Of a DNA stretch of 64,000 nt, positions 16,567 to 24,745 are shown in pieces. The stretch is from Anaerolineales bacterium. Lineage in GTDB: Bacteria; Chloroflexota; Anaerolineae; Anaerolineales; E44-bin32. The first letter of the stretch is position 1. Each line of letters starts with the position of its first letter. Both the position numbers and the translations under genes were made by a program. Under the pieces are notes generated by a model. The model ran no database searches. It was not told the DNA's origin and saw nothing but the letters and a program-made list of their open reading frames with translations. The stretch lies in NCBI GenBank assembly GCA_035281845.1, contig DATEVL010000038.1, forward strand, positions 9,785 to 73,784, given 5' to 3'.

Positions 16567-18909
16567 TTGGAAGCGTATTGTGTGAAGTGCAAACAGAAGC
16601 GGCCCCTGGCAGAGGCTCAGCCGATCTTCACCAAATCGGGAACGCCGGCGACGGCGGGCAAGTGTCCGGTTTGCGGGACGCGGATGGTGCGCATGGGTCG
16701 GACCCCGGCTCACGAAGGGCTGGAGGCTCCCCCGCGCGACCCACAGACTAAATCCCGGGCGACGAAGGCGAGCCGGGCGAGGGGACGCCTGGTCATCGTC
16801 GAATCGCCGGCCAAGGCGAGAACCGTTGGCCGATTCTTGGGGAAGGGATACCGAGTGATGGCCTCGGTCGGCCACGTGCGCGACCTGCTCAAGTCGCGCC
16901 TCTCGGTGGACGTCGACAACGGCTTCGAGCCGGAATATCGCGTTCCGAAGGAGAAGCGCGAGGTGGTCCGCACCTTGAAAGCGGAGGCGGCCCGCTCGCA
17001 CGAGGTGTACCTGGCGACGGATCCGGATCGCGAGGGCGAGGCCATCGCCTGGCACCTGCTGGAAGCCGCCGCGATCACGCCGGAACAGGCGCGGCGCGTC
17101 GTCTTCCACGAGATCACCCAGCCGGCCGTCGAAGAGGCCTTCCGCCATCCGCGCACCATCGACATGCATCTGGTCGATGCCCAACAAGCCCGCCGTATCC
17201 TGGACCGATTGGTCGGGTACAGCCTCAGCCCGCTGCTGTGGGCGAAAGTGCGCAGCCGGCTCTCGGCCGGCCGGGTTCAGTCGGCGGCGCTGCGGATGAT
17301 CGTCGACCGCGAGCGCGAGATCGAGTCGTTTGTCCCGCGAGAGTATTGGACGATCGATGCGGAATTCCTCGCCCCTGAGAAGCCGCCGGCTTTCCGCGCT
17401 CGGTTGATGCGCATAGACGATCAGCCGCCGGAGTTGGCCGCTCGCGATCAGGTCGACCCTGTCGTCCAGGACCTGAAGGCCGCCGCGTATCGGGTGAGCA
17501 GTGCCAAGCGAGGTTCTCGCGTTCGCCGCCCCTCGGCACCCTTCACCACCAGCACGCTACAGCAGGAGGCCGCCCGACGTCTGGGATTCGTCGCCCGCCG
17601 AACGATGGCCGTCGCCCAGCAGCTCTACGAGGGTTTCGAGCTGGGAGAAGAGGCGGCCGTCGGACTGATTACCTATATGCGGACCGACTCGACCCAGGCG
17701 TCCGAGCAGGCGCAGCAGGAGGCGCGGCGATACGTGCGGGAACGATTCGGCGCGGACTATGTCCCCGCCGAGCCCCCGGTCTACCGGACGCGTGCCCGCG
17801 GCGCGCAGGAGGCGCATGAGGCGATCCGACCCACCTCGGTGTATCGGACGCCGGAACAGGTCGAAAGCTACTTGAGCGGGGAACAGGCCCGCCTCTACCG
17901 GCTGATCTGGAACCGCTTCGTTGCCTCGCAGATGGAGGCGGCGGAATACGACACCCTGACGATCGAAGTCACCGGAGACTCATCGGCTCATGCGTACCTG
18001 CTGCGCGTGTCTGCCTCCAGCCTACGCTTTTCCGGGTTCCTCGAAGTCTACGAAGACGTTCCGGCGGAGAACGGCGAAGCCGAGGCCGAAGACGGGGAGA
18101 CGGGCCTGGCCCAGCTTCCAGCGGTCGAGGAGGGGGACCAGGTGCGGTTGGAGGGGACCTTCCCCGAACAGCATTTCACTCAACCTCCACCGCGGTTCTC
18201 TGAGGCGAGCCTCGTCAAGGCTCTCGAAGACTACGGGATCGGCCGACCTTCGACCTACGCACCCATCCTGGGGACCTTGCAGGGTCGCGGCTACGTCCAC
18301 CGCTCGAAGAAGCGTTTGATTCCGACCGAAATTGGGCTCACGGTGAGCGACATGATCGTTGAGTTCTTCCCCGAGATCGTCGATCTGGGTTTCACCGCCC
18401 GCATGGAGGAAGAGCTCGACGAAGTCGCCGAGGGCGAACGCCCCTGGGCGGAAGTCATCCGGGAGTTCTACGGCCCGTTTCGGGAACAGGTCGAGCGGGC
18501 CACCGAGCACATGCCCGAAGTCCGTACCGAGCCGGAGCTGCTCGATCGATTGTGTCCCGAGTCGGGGCATCCGCTGATCGTGCGCTACGGGCGCTACGGC
18601 AAGTTCATCGGCTGCTCCGACTTCCCAACGTGTCGGTATACCGAGCCGTGGCTCGAAAAGATCGGCGTACGCTGCCCTCTGGATGGGGGAGACCTGGTGG
18701 AGCGACGGACGCGCCGCGGCCGGACCTTCTACGGCTGTGCCAACTATCCCGCCTGCGAATTCACTTCCTGGAAGAGACCTCTGCCCCAACCCTGTCCGGT
18801 CTGCAGCGGGACCCTGGTCGTCGATAATCGCACCCACGCCGTCTGCCTGAAGTGCGAGCGGCGCTTCGAGCTGACTTCCCTGCCTGCGCTTGAGAGCGAG
18901 GCGGCATAA
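16567..18909 (+). CDS. topA: DNA topoisomerase I with extra N-terminal C4 zinc ribbon
   Basis: Toprim LVIVESPAKA, the catalytic region, and three C-terminal CxxC..CxxC fingers. The N-terminal 45 aa (CVKCKQKRP...CPVCGTRM) resemble stand-alone DUF5679-type zinc ribbons. TTG start. Confidence 0.9.
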   Translation: MEAYCVKCKQKRPLAEAQPIFTKSGTPATAGKCPVCGTRMVRMGRTPAHEGLEAPPRDPQTKSRATKASRARGRLVIVESPAKARTVGRFLGKGYRVMASVGHVRDLLKSRLSVDVDNGFEPEYRVPKEKREVVRTLKAEAARSHEVYLATDPDREGEAIAWHLLEAAAITPEQARRVVFHEITQPAVEEAFRHPRTIDMHLVDAQQARRILDRLVGYSLSPLLWAKVRSRLSAGRVQSAALRMIVDREREIESFVPREYWTIDAEFLAPEKPPAFRARLMRIDDQPPELAARDQVDPVVQDLKAAAYRVSSAKRGSRVRRPSAPFTTSTLQQEAARRLGFVARRTMAVAQQLYEGFELGEEAAVGLITYMRTDSTQASEQAQQEARRYVRERFGADYVPAEPPVYRTRARGAQEAHEAIRPTSVYRTPEQVESYLSGEQARLYRLIWNRFVASQMEAAEYDTLTIEVTGDSSAHAYLLRVSASSLRFSGFLEVYEDVPAENGEAEAEDGETGLAQLPAVEEGDQVRLEGTFPEQHFTQPPPRFSEASLVKALEDYGIGRPSTYAPILGTLQGRGYVHRSKKRLIPTEIGLTVSDMIVEFFPEIVDLGFTARMEEELDEVAEGERPWAEVIREFYGPFREQVERATEHMPEVRTEPELLDRLCPESGHPLIVRYGRYGKFIGCSDFPTCRYTEPWLEKIGVRCPLDGGDLVERRTRRGRTFYGCANYPACEFTSWKRPLPQPCPVCSGTLVVDNRTHAVCLKCERRFELTSLPALESEAA

Positions 18910-18989
18910 GGCTTGCAACGGACGTTTGCGGCCGGAGCCGTAAACATCTAGAATTCGCCGCTGGCCAGACGCAGGAGGCGGTTTAGTCC

Positions 18990-20015
18990 ATGACGGTCCG
19001 CATCGGTTCTATCGTCATAGGGGGTACGGCGCTGGTGGCCGTGGCCGCAGTCTTGGGCCTCGCCCTGGGGTTGCTCTACGCCTGGGTAATCAACCCGGTA
19101 CAGTGGACGGATGCCACGCCGGATCTCCTGCGGGCAGACTACCAGACCGATTACTTGAAGGCAGCCATCGACTCGTATTCCGTCAACCGCGATGTCGATC
19201 TGGCGGTGTCCCGGTATCAGTCGCTCGGCGCGGCCGGGCCCACTACGCTGGCCGCGATCCAGGCTGATCCGGGCGAGGTCAGCCCGGCGGCGGTCGAGGA
19301 ATTCGCCGCAACGGTGACGCTGTACCCCACGACGCCCGGGGCGACGCCCTCCGCCACGGCGGCTCCGCCGACAACTTCGATCACTCAATACCTGCTTCCT
19401 GTGTGCGGCGTCACCCTTGTGCTCGGCCTGTTGCTGGGCGGGGTGCTCTTGATCCGTAGTCGCAGCGGACGCCGCGCGCCGCGGGAGGCGGAAAGATACG
19501 GCCTGCCGGAGCCTGGCGAAGACCGGGTGCCCTACGAAGTGTCGTCTCCGCCGTCCCGCCCGGCGGGCCTGGATCGCCCACCGCTGGCCACCTTCCGCAC
19601 GACCTACACGCTCGGGGATGATCTGTACGATGACTCCTTCAGCATCGAGAGCGCCACCGGCGATTTCCTCGGCGAGTGCGGAGTCGGAATCGGGGATCTC
19701 ATCGGCGTCGGCGAACCGAAGAAAGTCTCGGCCTTCGAAGTCTGGCTCTTCGACAAGAACGACATTCAGACGGTGACCAAGGTGCTGATGAGTCGCTACT
19801 CCCATCAGGACGACGCCAGCCGCAATCGCATGGCAGCCAAGGGCGACCCCATCCTGGCCGAGCCCGGCGCGGTGGTCACCTTGGAGACGGCCTCCTTGAT
19901 GGTGGAAGCCCGCATCGTGGATCTGACCTACGGCGGAGGCGCCTTGCCCGCGGACAGTTTCTTCGAGCGGATCACGATCGAATTGCGCGCGGCGTCGAAG
20001 CTGGGGGTGGATTGA
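18990..20015 (+). CDS. Hypothetical two-TM membrane protein with conserved-looking cytoplasmic C-terminal domain
   Basis: SD AGGAGG upstream. TM segments at about aa 8-32 and 131-153, a Thr/Pro/Ala linker, and a soluble 170-aa C-terminus. No family recognised. Confidence 0.7.
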   Translation: MTVRIGSIVIGGTALVAVAAVLGLALGLLYAWVINPVQWTDATPDLLRADYQTDYLKAAIDSYSVNRDVDLAVSRYQSLGAAGPTTLAAIQADPGEVSPAAVEEFAATVTLYPTTPGATPSATAAPPTTSITQYLLPVCGVTLVLGLLLGGVLLIRSRSGRRAPREAERYGLPEPGEDRVPYEVSSPPSRPAGLDRPPLATFRTTYTLGDDLYDDSFSIESATGDFLGECGVGIGDLIGVGEPKKVSAFEVWLFDKNDIQTVTKVLMSRYSHQDDASRNRMAAKGDPILAEPGAVVTLETASLMVEARIVDLTYGGGALPADSFFERITIELRAASKLGVD

Positions 20016-20020
20016 AAACC

Positions 20021-20081
20021 CACACCCCCACACCCCTCCTCCCGACCTTTCGGGTCGGGAGAGGGGGCATGGGGGTGAGGG
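20021..20081. repeat. GC-rich imperfect palindrome (CCCTCACCC/GGGTGAGGG family) filling the convergent intergenic gap; likely bidirectional terminator
   Basis: CCTCCCGACC-TTTCG-GGTCGGGAG(A)GG core, with flanks CACCCCCACACCCC / GGGGCATGGGGGTGAGGG. Confidence 0.6.
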
Positions 20082-20085
20082 AGTA

Positions 20086-20565
20086 CTAGCTCCCTCGCGG
20101 CCGAATCTCCAGGACGCGAAAGTGCAGGGCGCCGCCCGGCGTCTGGGCCACGGCCGTCTCTCCGACTCGTTTCCCCATCAGCGCCCGCCCAATCGGCGAT
20201 TCGTGCGAGATCTTTCCGTTGCGCGGGTCGGCTTCCTTAAGCCCGACGAGCTGAAAGGTCTCCGGCTCGCGGCCGTCTTCCGAAACCACCACCCGACACC
20301 CCAGGTCGACCCGATCGGGCGGGCCGTCGCCGTCGACGATGACGGCTTCCCGCAGGATCGTTTCCAGCTCGAGGATGCGTCCCTCGAGGAAGGCCTGATC
20401 TTCTTTGGCCGCGATGTAATCGGCATTCTCCGAGAGGTCGCCCTGCCGGATGGCGTGGTGCAGCCGCTCCGCCAAGGCTTGCCGGCGCGGACCGATGAGC
20501 TCCTTCAGCTCGGCGCGCAGCTTCTCGGCTCCTTCCGGCGTCAGGTAGAGTTGCTTGCCTTCCAT
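20086..20565 (-). CDS. greA: Transcription elongation factor GreA
   Basis: LTPEGAEKLRAELKEL...DLSENADYIAAKEDQAFLEGRILELE, typical GreA. Confidence 0.9.
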   Translation of the reverse strand: MEGKQLYLTPEGAEKLRAELKELIGPRRQALAERLHHAIRQGDLSENADYIAAKEDQAFLEGRILELETILREAVIVDGDGPPDRVDLGCRVVVSEDGREPETFQLVGLKEADPRNGKISHESPIGRALMGKRVGETAVAQTPGGALHFRVLEIRPRGS

Positions 20566-20578
20566 TCCACGTCCGTGG

Positions 20579-21757
20579 TCAGGGTTGGATTCCCGGATCG
20601 AACAGATTGGCGTGTTCCTGCAGTGCGAACCGGTCGGTCATGCCGGCGATGTAATCGCAGACCGCGCGGTAACCGTCGCCGCCCATATCCGGCGACGGCA
20701 CCGTCTCCGGCAGGATTTCCGGGTTGCGAGTATACGCGTTGAAAAGGTCCTCCAGGATCGAGTCGGCCTTGACTTGCATCCGCACGACCCGGTGGTGTTG
20801 ATACATGTTGCGGTACAGGAAATCTTTGAGCTGACGGTTGTGCCCGGCCATCGCTTCGGAGAAACCGGCCACGTTGTACGTCAGGCGCTGCAGGCCCTCG
20901 ACCGAGTCGACCCCACTGCGCTGGATCCGCTCGGCGGTGGCCTGGAGCAGGTCGTTGACTTCCAGGCCGATCAAACGCCGGATCAGGCGGTGGCGGGCAA
21001 GCTCGTCGATGTCGAGGGTGGTCCAGCCCAGGCTGCGGGAGAGCACCGCCCACAGTTCCAAGCCTTCCAGCTGGGAGGGGGCGATGATTCCCGACCGAAG
21101 GCCGTCGTCCAGGTCATGCGCGGTGTAGGCCAGTTCGTCGGCGACGTTGGCCAACTGGGCTTCCAGCGTTCCGCGCTTTTCCGGATCATAGCCCTCGGCA
21201 TCGGCAATGTCGTACTCGGTCTCATGCTTGACGATGCCTTCTCGCACTTCCCAGGTGAGATTAAGGCCGGGGAACTCGGGAAAACGGCGCTCCAGCCCGG
21301 TCACGATCCGTAACGACTGGCGGTTGTGATCGAATCCGCCGTGGTCCGTCATCAGGCGTGACAGGGCGGCTTCACCGGCGTGGCCGAAGGGCGGATGGCC
21401 GAGGTCGTGCGCCAGACAGACCGCCTCCACCAGGTCTTCATTCGCTCCGAGCGCCCGGGCGAGCGTGCGGCCGATCTGCGCCACCTCCAGTGTGTGGGTC
21501 AGGCGGGTGCGATAGTAGTCGCCCTCGTAGTTGACGAAAACCTGGGTTTTGTACTCGAGCCGGCGGAAGGCCGTCGTATGCAGGATGCGGTCGCGATCAC
21601 GCTGAAAGACGGTGCGTTCGGTGGGTTCGTCTTCCGGATACGCCCGACCGCGCGAATCACGGCTCCGCTTTCCGTACGGTGCCAGCGCATGATCTTCCAG
21701 CGCTTCCAGGCGCTGGCGCGTGTGGATCACGTCGGGGGCGGCGCTGCGAGGACTCAT
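20579..21757 (-). CDS. dgt: dGTPase-like HD-domain triphosphohydrolase
   Basis: RTRLTHTLEVAQIGRTLA...LAHDLGHPPFGHAGE. Confidence 0.85.
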   Translation of the reverse strand: MSPRSAAPDVIHTRQRLEALEDHALAPYGKRSRDSRGRAYPEDEPTERTVFQRDRDRILHTTAFRRLEYKTQVFVNYEGDYYRTRLTHTLEVAQIGRTLARALGANEDLVEAVCLAHDLGHPPFGHAGEAALSRLMTDHGGFDHNRQSLRIVTGLERRFPEFPGLNLTWEVREGIVKHETEYDIADAEGYDPEKRGTLEAQLANVADELAYTAHDLDDGLRSGIIAPSQLEGLELWAVLSRSLGWTTLDIDELARHRLIRRLIGLEVNDLLQATAERIQRSGVDSVEGLQRLTYNVAGFSEAMAGHNRQLKDFLYRNMYQHHRVVRMQVKADSILEDLFNAYTRNPEILPETVPSPDMGGDGYRAVCDYIAGMTDRFALQEHANLFDPGIQP

Positions 21758-21920
21758 GCGCGAAGTGGCCGTGGAGGCGATGTGATTGAGTCTACCGGAC
21801 CGGAGGGAGGTCTGTCAAATATGGACACGGGCCGTTAGAAAGGATCGAGTCGCCCCAGCCCCTCGCGTTGACGCGCGCAAGCCAAAGGTCGATAATCACC
21901 GGCTGTACGGAGGGGCCCGG

Positions 21921-22343
21921 ATGAATGCAGCCTTTCCCAGCCAGGCGTGGGTCGAAGCCCTGGTATCGGTTCTCAACGCGGATGAACGCTACGCGCAGAT
22001 CGCCAGGTACTGGGAAGGAGATCTTCTGTTCGTGGTGAAGCCGGACGGGTCCGGCGGACGATCCGAGAGCGAGCGGGCGTCCCATGTCTATTTGGATCTA
22101 TGGCACGGCAAGTGCCGGTCGGGCCGCTACGTGCCTCCGGAGGAACACGATCTTCCGAAACCTGCCTTCACATTGACCGCCGGGTTCGGTCAATTCCAAC
22201 AGATCCTTCAGGGCCAGCTCGATCCCATGCAAGCCATGCTCACGCGGAGGCTGCAAGTCGCCGGCAACATGGCTTATATCCTGCGCAACGTGCCGGTCGT
22301 GCTCGACTTCGTCCGCTGCTGTCGATTGGCCGGCGTGGAGTGA
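21921..22343 (+). CDS. SCP2 sterol-binding-domain protein (140 aa)
   Basis: C-terminal FQQILQGQLDPMQAMLTRRLQVAGNMAYILR pattern. SD GGAGGGG before ATG 21921. GATAAT box at 21889-21894. Confidence 0.65.
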   Translation: MNAAFPSQAWVEALVSVLNADERYAQIARYWEGDLLFVVKPDGSGGRSESERASHVYLDLWHGKCRSGRYVPPEEHDLPKPAFTLTAGFGQFQQILQGQLDPMQAMLTRRLQVAGNMAYILRNVPVVLDFVRCCRLAGVE

Positions 22344-22373
22344 GCCCATTCCCTCCCGCTGCATGGAGGAAAG

Positions 22374-22670
22374 ATGACGCGATACCTTCTAACTCACCAA
22401 GTCAAACGGATCTACCCGTCGCAGGACGACCTTGTCAACGACTGGAAGGGGTTGCGACGGCGCGGCACGACGGAGACTCGATGGCAGAGGAGTCTCTACT
22501 CCGCGGCAACCAAGCGACTCTATTGCGAATGGGAAGCGCCATCCCCCGAAGCGATTCGAGCCTGCTTCCTGCCAGAAGAGCTGGAGATGGCGCCGATCGA
22601 ACGGGTGGAGGAGGTCGTCTTTCTGGACCCCGCCTGGCTCGACGAGAGCGGCTCAGCAGAGGCACGATGA
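22374..22670 (+). CDS. Small DUF4242-like protein
   Basis: SD GGAGGA upstream. The LYCEWEAPSPEAIRACF...MAPIERVEEV pattern resembles DUF4242. The call is tentative. Confidence 0.5.
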   Translation: MTRYLLTHQVKRIYPSQDDLVNDWKGLRRRGTTETRWQRSLYSAATKRLYCEWEAPSPEAIRACFLPEELEMAPIERVEEVVFLDPAWLDESGSAEAR

Positions 22671-22739
22671 CACCCATTGGAGAAGGTGCCGCGAAGCGCT
22701 TCGAATGTTCCAGCGGGCGGGGTGGGTAGGGGCGAAGAA

Positions 22740-22978
22740 GACCTGCCCTCCTCGCCAGGACACCGCCCTCACCCTTCGGGCACCCCTTCGGGTGCACCCT
22801 GGGTGTGCGCCGCCCTCACCCTTCGGGCACCCCTTCGGGTGCACCCTGGGTGTGCGCCGCCCTCACCCCTTCGGGTGCGCCGAAGGGCGTGGCGCCCTGC
22901 ACCGCTTCCGGTGCGCCGCCCTTGGCGCCCTGTAGAGGGCGAAGGGCGTAGAGGGCGAAGGGCGTAGAGGGCGAGACG
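22740..22978. repeat. Mosaic GC-rich repeat block: 47-nt unit x2 (22764-22810, 22811-22857) plus a diverged third copy, then GTAGAGGGCGAAGGGC-type 16-mers (22932-22975)
   Basis: Read directly. Sub-units are self-complementary (GCACCCCTTCGGGTGC, GCACCGCTTCCGGTGC). Inverted copies of the same modules occur at 53195-53350. Confidence 0.85.
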
Positions 22979-23086
22979 GTGTCCTTTTCAGGACGCCGAA
23001 ACGGCGTGGCGGGCGGTGCCCTCGCCAGGGCGCCGAGACGGCGCCAGGGTGCTTCACCCCTACAAGGAATCCTCCCCCATCCTCCA

Positions 23087-24709
23087 GTGACCGACGAACA
23101 CTTCGACTTTGTCATTGTCGGATCGGGGTTCGGCGGGAGCGTATCGGCGTTTCGGTTGGTCGAAAAAGGCTACCGGGTGGTCGTGCTTGAAGAGGGCCGC
23201 CGCTTCGCCGATTCCGATTTCCCCAAGACCAACTGGCGATTCTGGGACTATCTGTGGCTGCCCACGCTGCGCCTGCGCGGCTTCATGCGCCTGACCTTTC
23301 TGAGGGAGGCGATGGTGCTGCACGGGTGCGGCGTCGGCGGGGGCAGCCTGGTGTACGCCAACGTATTGATGGAGCCCGACCCCGAATTCTTCGAGGAACC
23401 CGAGTGGAGGCGACTGGCAGACTGGCGTTCGATTCTCCGCCCCCACTACGAAACCGCCCGCAGAATGCTGGGCGTGGCAGTCGCCCCGAGGTTCGCCAGC
23501 GCCGATCTCGCCCTTCGGGAGGTGGCTGACTCCTACGGACTGGGAAGCACTTTCCGCGCGGCAGAAGTCGGGGTGTTCTTTGGTGAACCCGGGCTCGAGC
23601 AACCCGATCCTTACTTCGGTGGAGAGGGCCCGACCCGCGCCGGCTGTATCTTCTGTGGAGGATGCATGGTCGGCTGCCGCTACAACGCCAAGAACACGCT
23701 GGTGAAGAACTACCTGTACCTGGCCGAGAAAAGGGGAGCCGTCATTCGCTCTGAGGCCAGGGTCACGGCTATCCATGCCAACGAAACCCCGTCGCCGTCG
23801 AGGCGGTTCACGGTCGAGTACCAGCGTGCCGCGGGCTGGCGAGGTCTACCCTTGAGCGTGGCGGCGGATCACGTGGTGGTCGCGGCGGGAACGCTCGGCA
23901 CCCTGGAACTTCTATTGCGCTGCCGCGACGAGATCGGCTCGCTGCCCAGGCTGTCGCCGCGGCTCGGCGAGCAGGTCCGCACGAATTCCGAGGCGCTGCT
24001 CGGATCGGGGGCAAGGCACTCGGCGGTGGATTTTTCGGAAGGCCTCGCCATCTCGGCCGACGTCCTCGTCGATCCCATCACGCGTGTGCAGCCGGTTCGC
24101 TACCCGAAGGGCTCGTCCTTCATGCGACTGTTAGCCCTGCCGCTGATCGAGGGCCGCAACCAACCGTGGGGGAGGCGCTTCCTCAGGGTCGCCCTGGCGA
24201 TCCTGCGGCGCCCGCTCGACTTCCTCAACTCACTGTTGGGGCCGCGTTGGGCGGAACGGACGACGATTCTGTTGGTCATGCAGCGTCTCGAGAATCAGAT
24301 GACCCTGCGCTGGGGGCCACGCCGGCTGCCGTTCCTGGGGAATGGATTGCACGCGGCTCGGGATGCGTTGCGTCCCGCACCGGGCGAGATCGTTCAGGCC
24401 CATCGGGTCGTCCGGGATTTCGCCCGCCGGACCAACGGAGTCGCCATGGGAAACGTCGCCGAGACTCTCTTCGACATGGCCGCCACGGCCCACCTGATCG
24501 GAGGTTGCCCGATGGGCCTCTCGGCCGCCGACGGAGTCGTCGATCTCTCTTGCCGAGTCCACAACTATCCCGGGTTGTTCGTGATCGACGGCACGGTGCT
24601 GCCGGCCAATCCGGGAATCAATCCCAGCCTGACGATCGCCGCATTGGCGGAATACGCCGTCTCGCAGATTCCGCCCCGCGCGGCGCTGCCGGCACGTGGG
24701 ACGGGCTGA
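23087..24709 (+). CDS. GMC-family FAD oxidoreductase (cholesterol-oxidase-like)
   Basis: FDFVIVGSGFGGSV...VVVLEEG Rossmann motif. C-terminal HLIGGCPMG...NYPGLFVIDGTVLPANPGINPSLTIAALAE. GTG 23087 preferred, because the ORF-track ATG 22979 lies inside the repeat block. Confidence 0.8.
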   Translation: MTDEHFDFVIVGSGFGGSVSAFRLVEKGYRVVVLEEGRRFADSDFPKTNWRFWDYLWLPTLRLRGFMRLTFLREAMVLHGCGVGGGSLVYANVLMEPDPEFFEEPEWRRLADWRSILRPHYETARRMLGVAVAPRFASADLALREVADSYGLGSTFRAAEVGVFFGEPGLEQPDPYFGGEGPTRAGCIFCGGCMVGCRYNAKNTLVKNYLYLAEKRGAVIRSEARVTAIHANETPSPSRRFTVEYQRAAGWRGLPLSVAADHVVVAAGTLGTLELLLRCRDEIGSLPRLSPRLGEQVRTNSEALLGSGARHSAVDFSEGLAISADVLVDPITRVQPVRYPKGSSFMRLLALPLIEGRNQPWGRRFLRVALAILRRPLDFLNSLLGPRWAERTTILLVMQRLENQMTLRWGPRRLPFLGNGLHAARDALRPAPGEIVQAHRVVRDFARRTNGVAMGNVAETLFDMAATAHLIGGCPMGLSAADGVVDLSCRVHNYPGLFVIDGTVLPANPGINPSLTIAALAEYAVSQIPPRAALPARGTG

Positions 24710-24745
24710 GCCTGGAGGCGTCGCCGTTCGCCTCGCCGCTCCATC

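Noticed and set aside
22764-22978. Tandem repeats as a possible CRISPR array
   Set aside because: The units are contiguous with no unique spacers. The repeat lengths (47 and 16 nt) are irregular and the units diverge. No cas genes are present.
22979-23086. ORF-track N-terminal extension of the GMC oxidoreductase (MSFSGRRNGVAGG...)
   Set aside because: The extension is encoded by or adjacent to the repeat block and is Arg/Gly/Ala-rich. The Rossmann fold begins right after GTG 23087.
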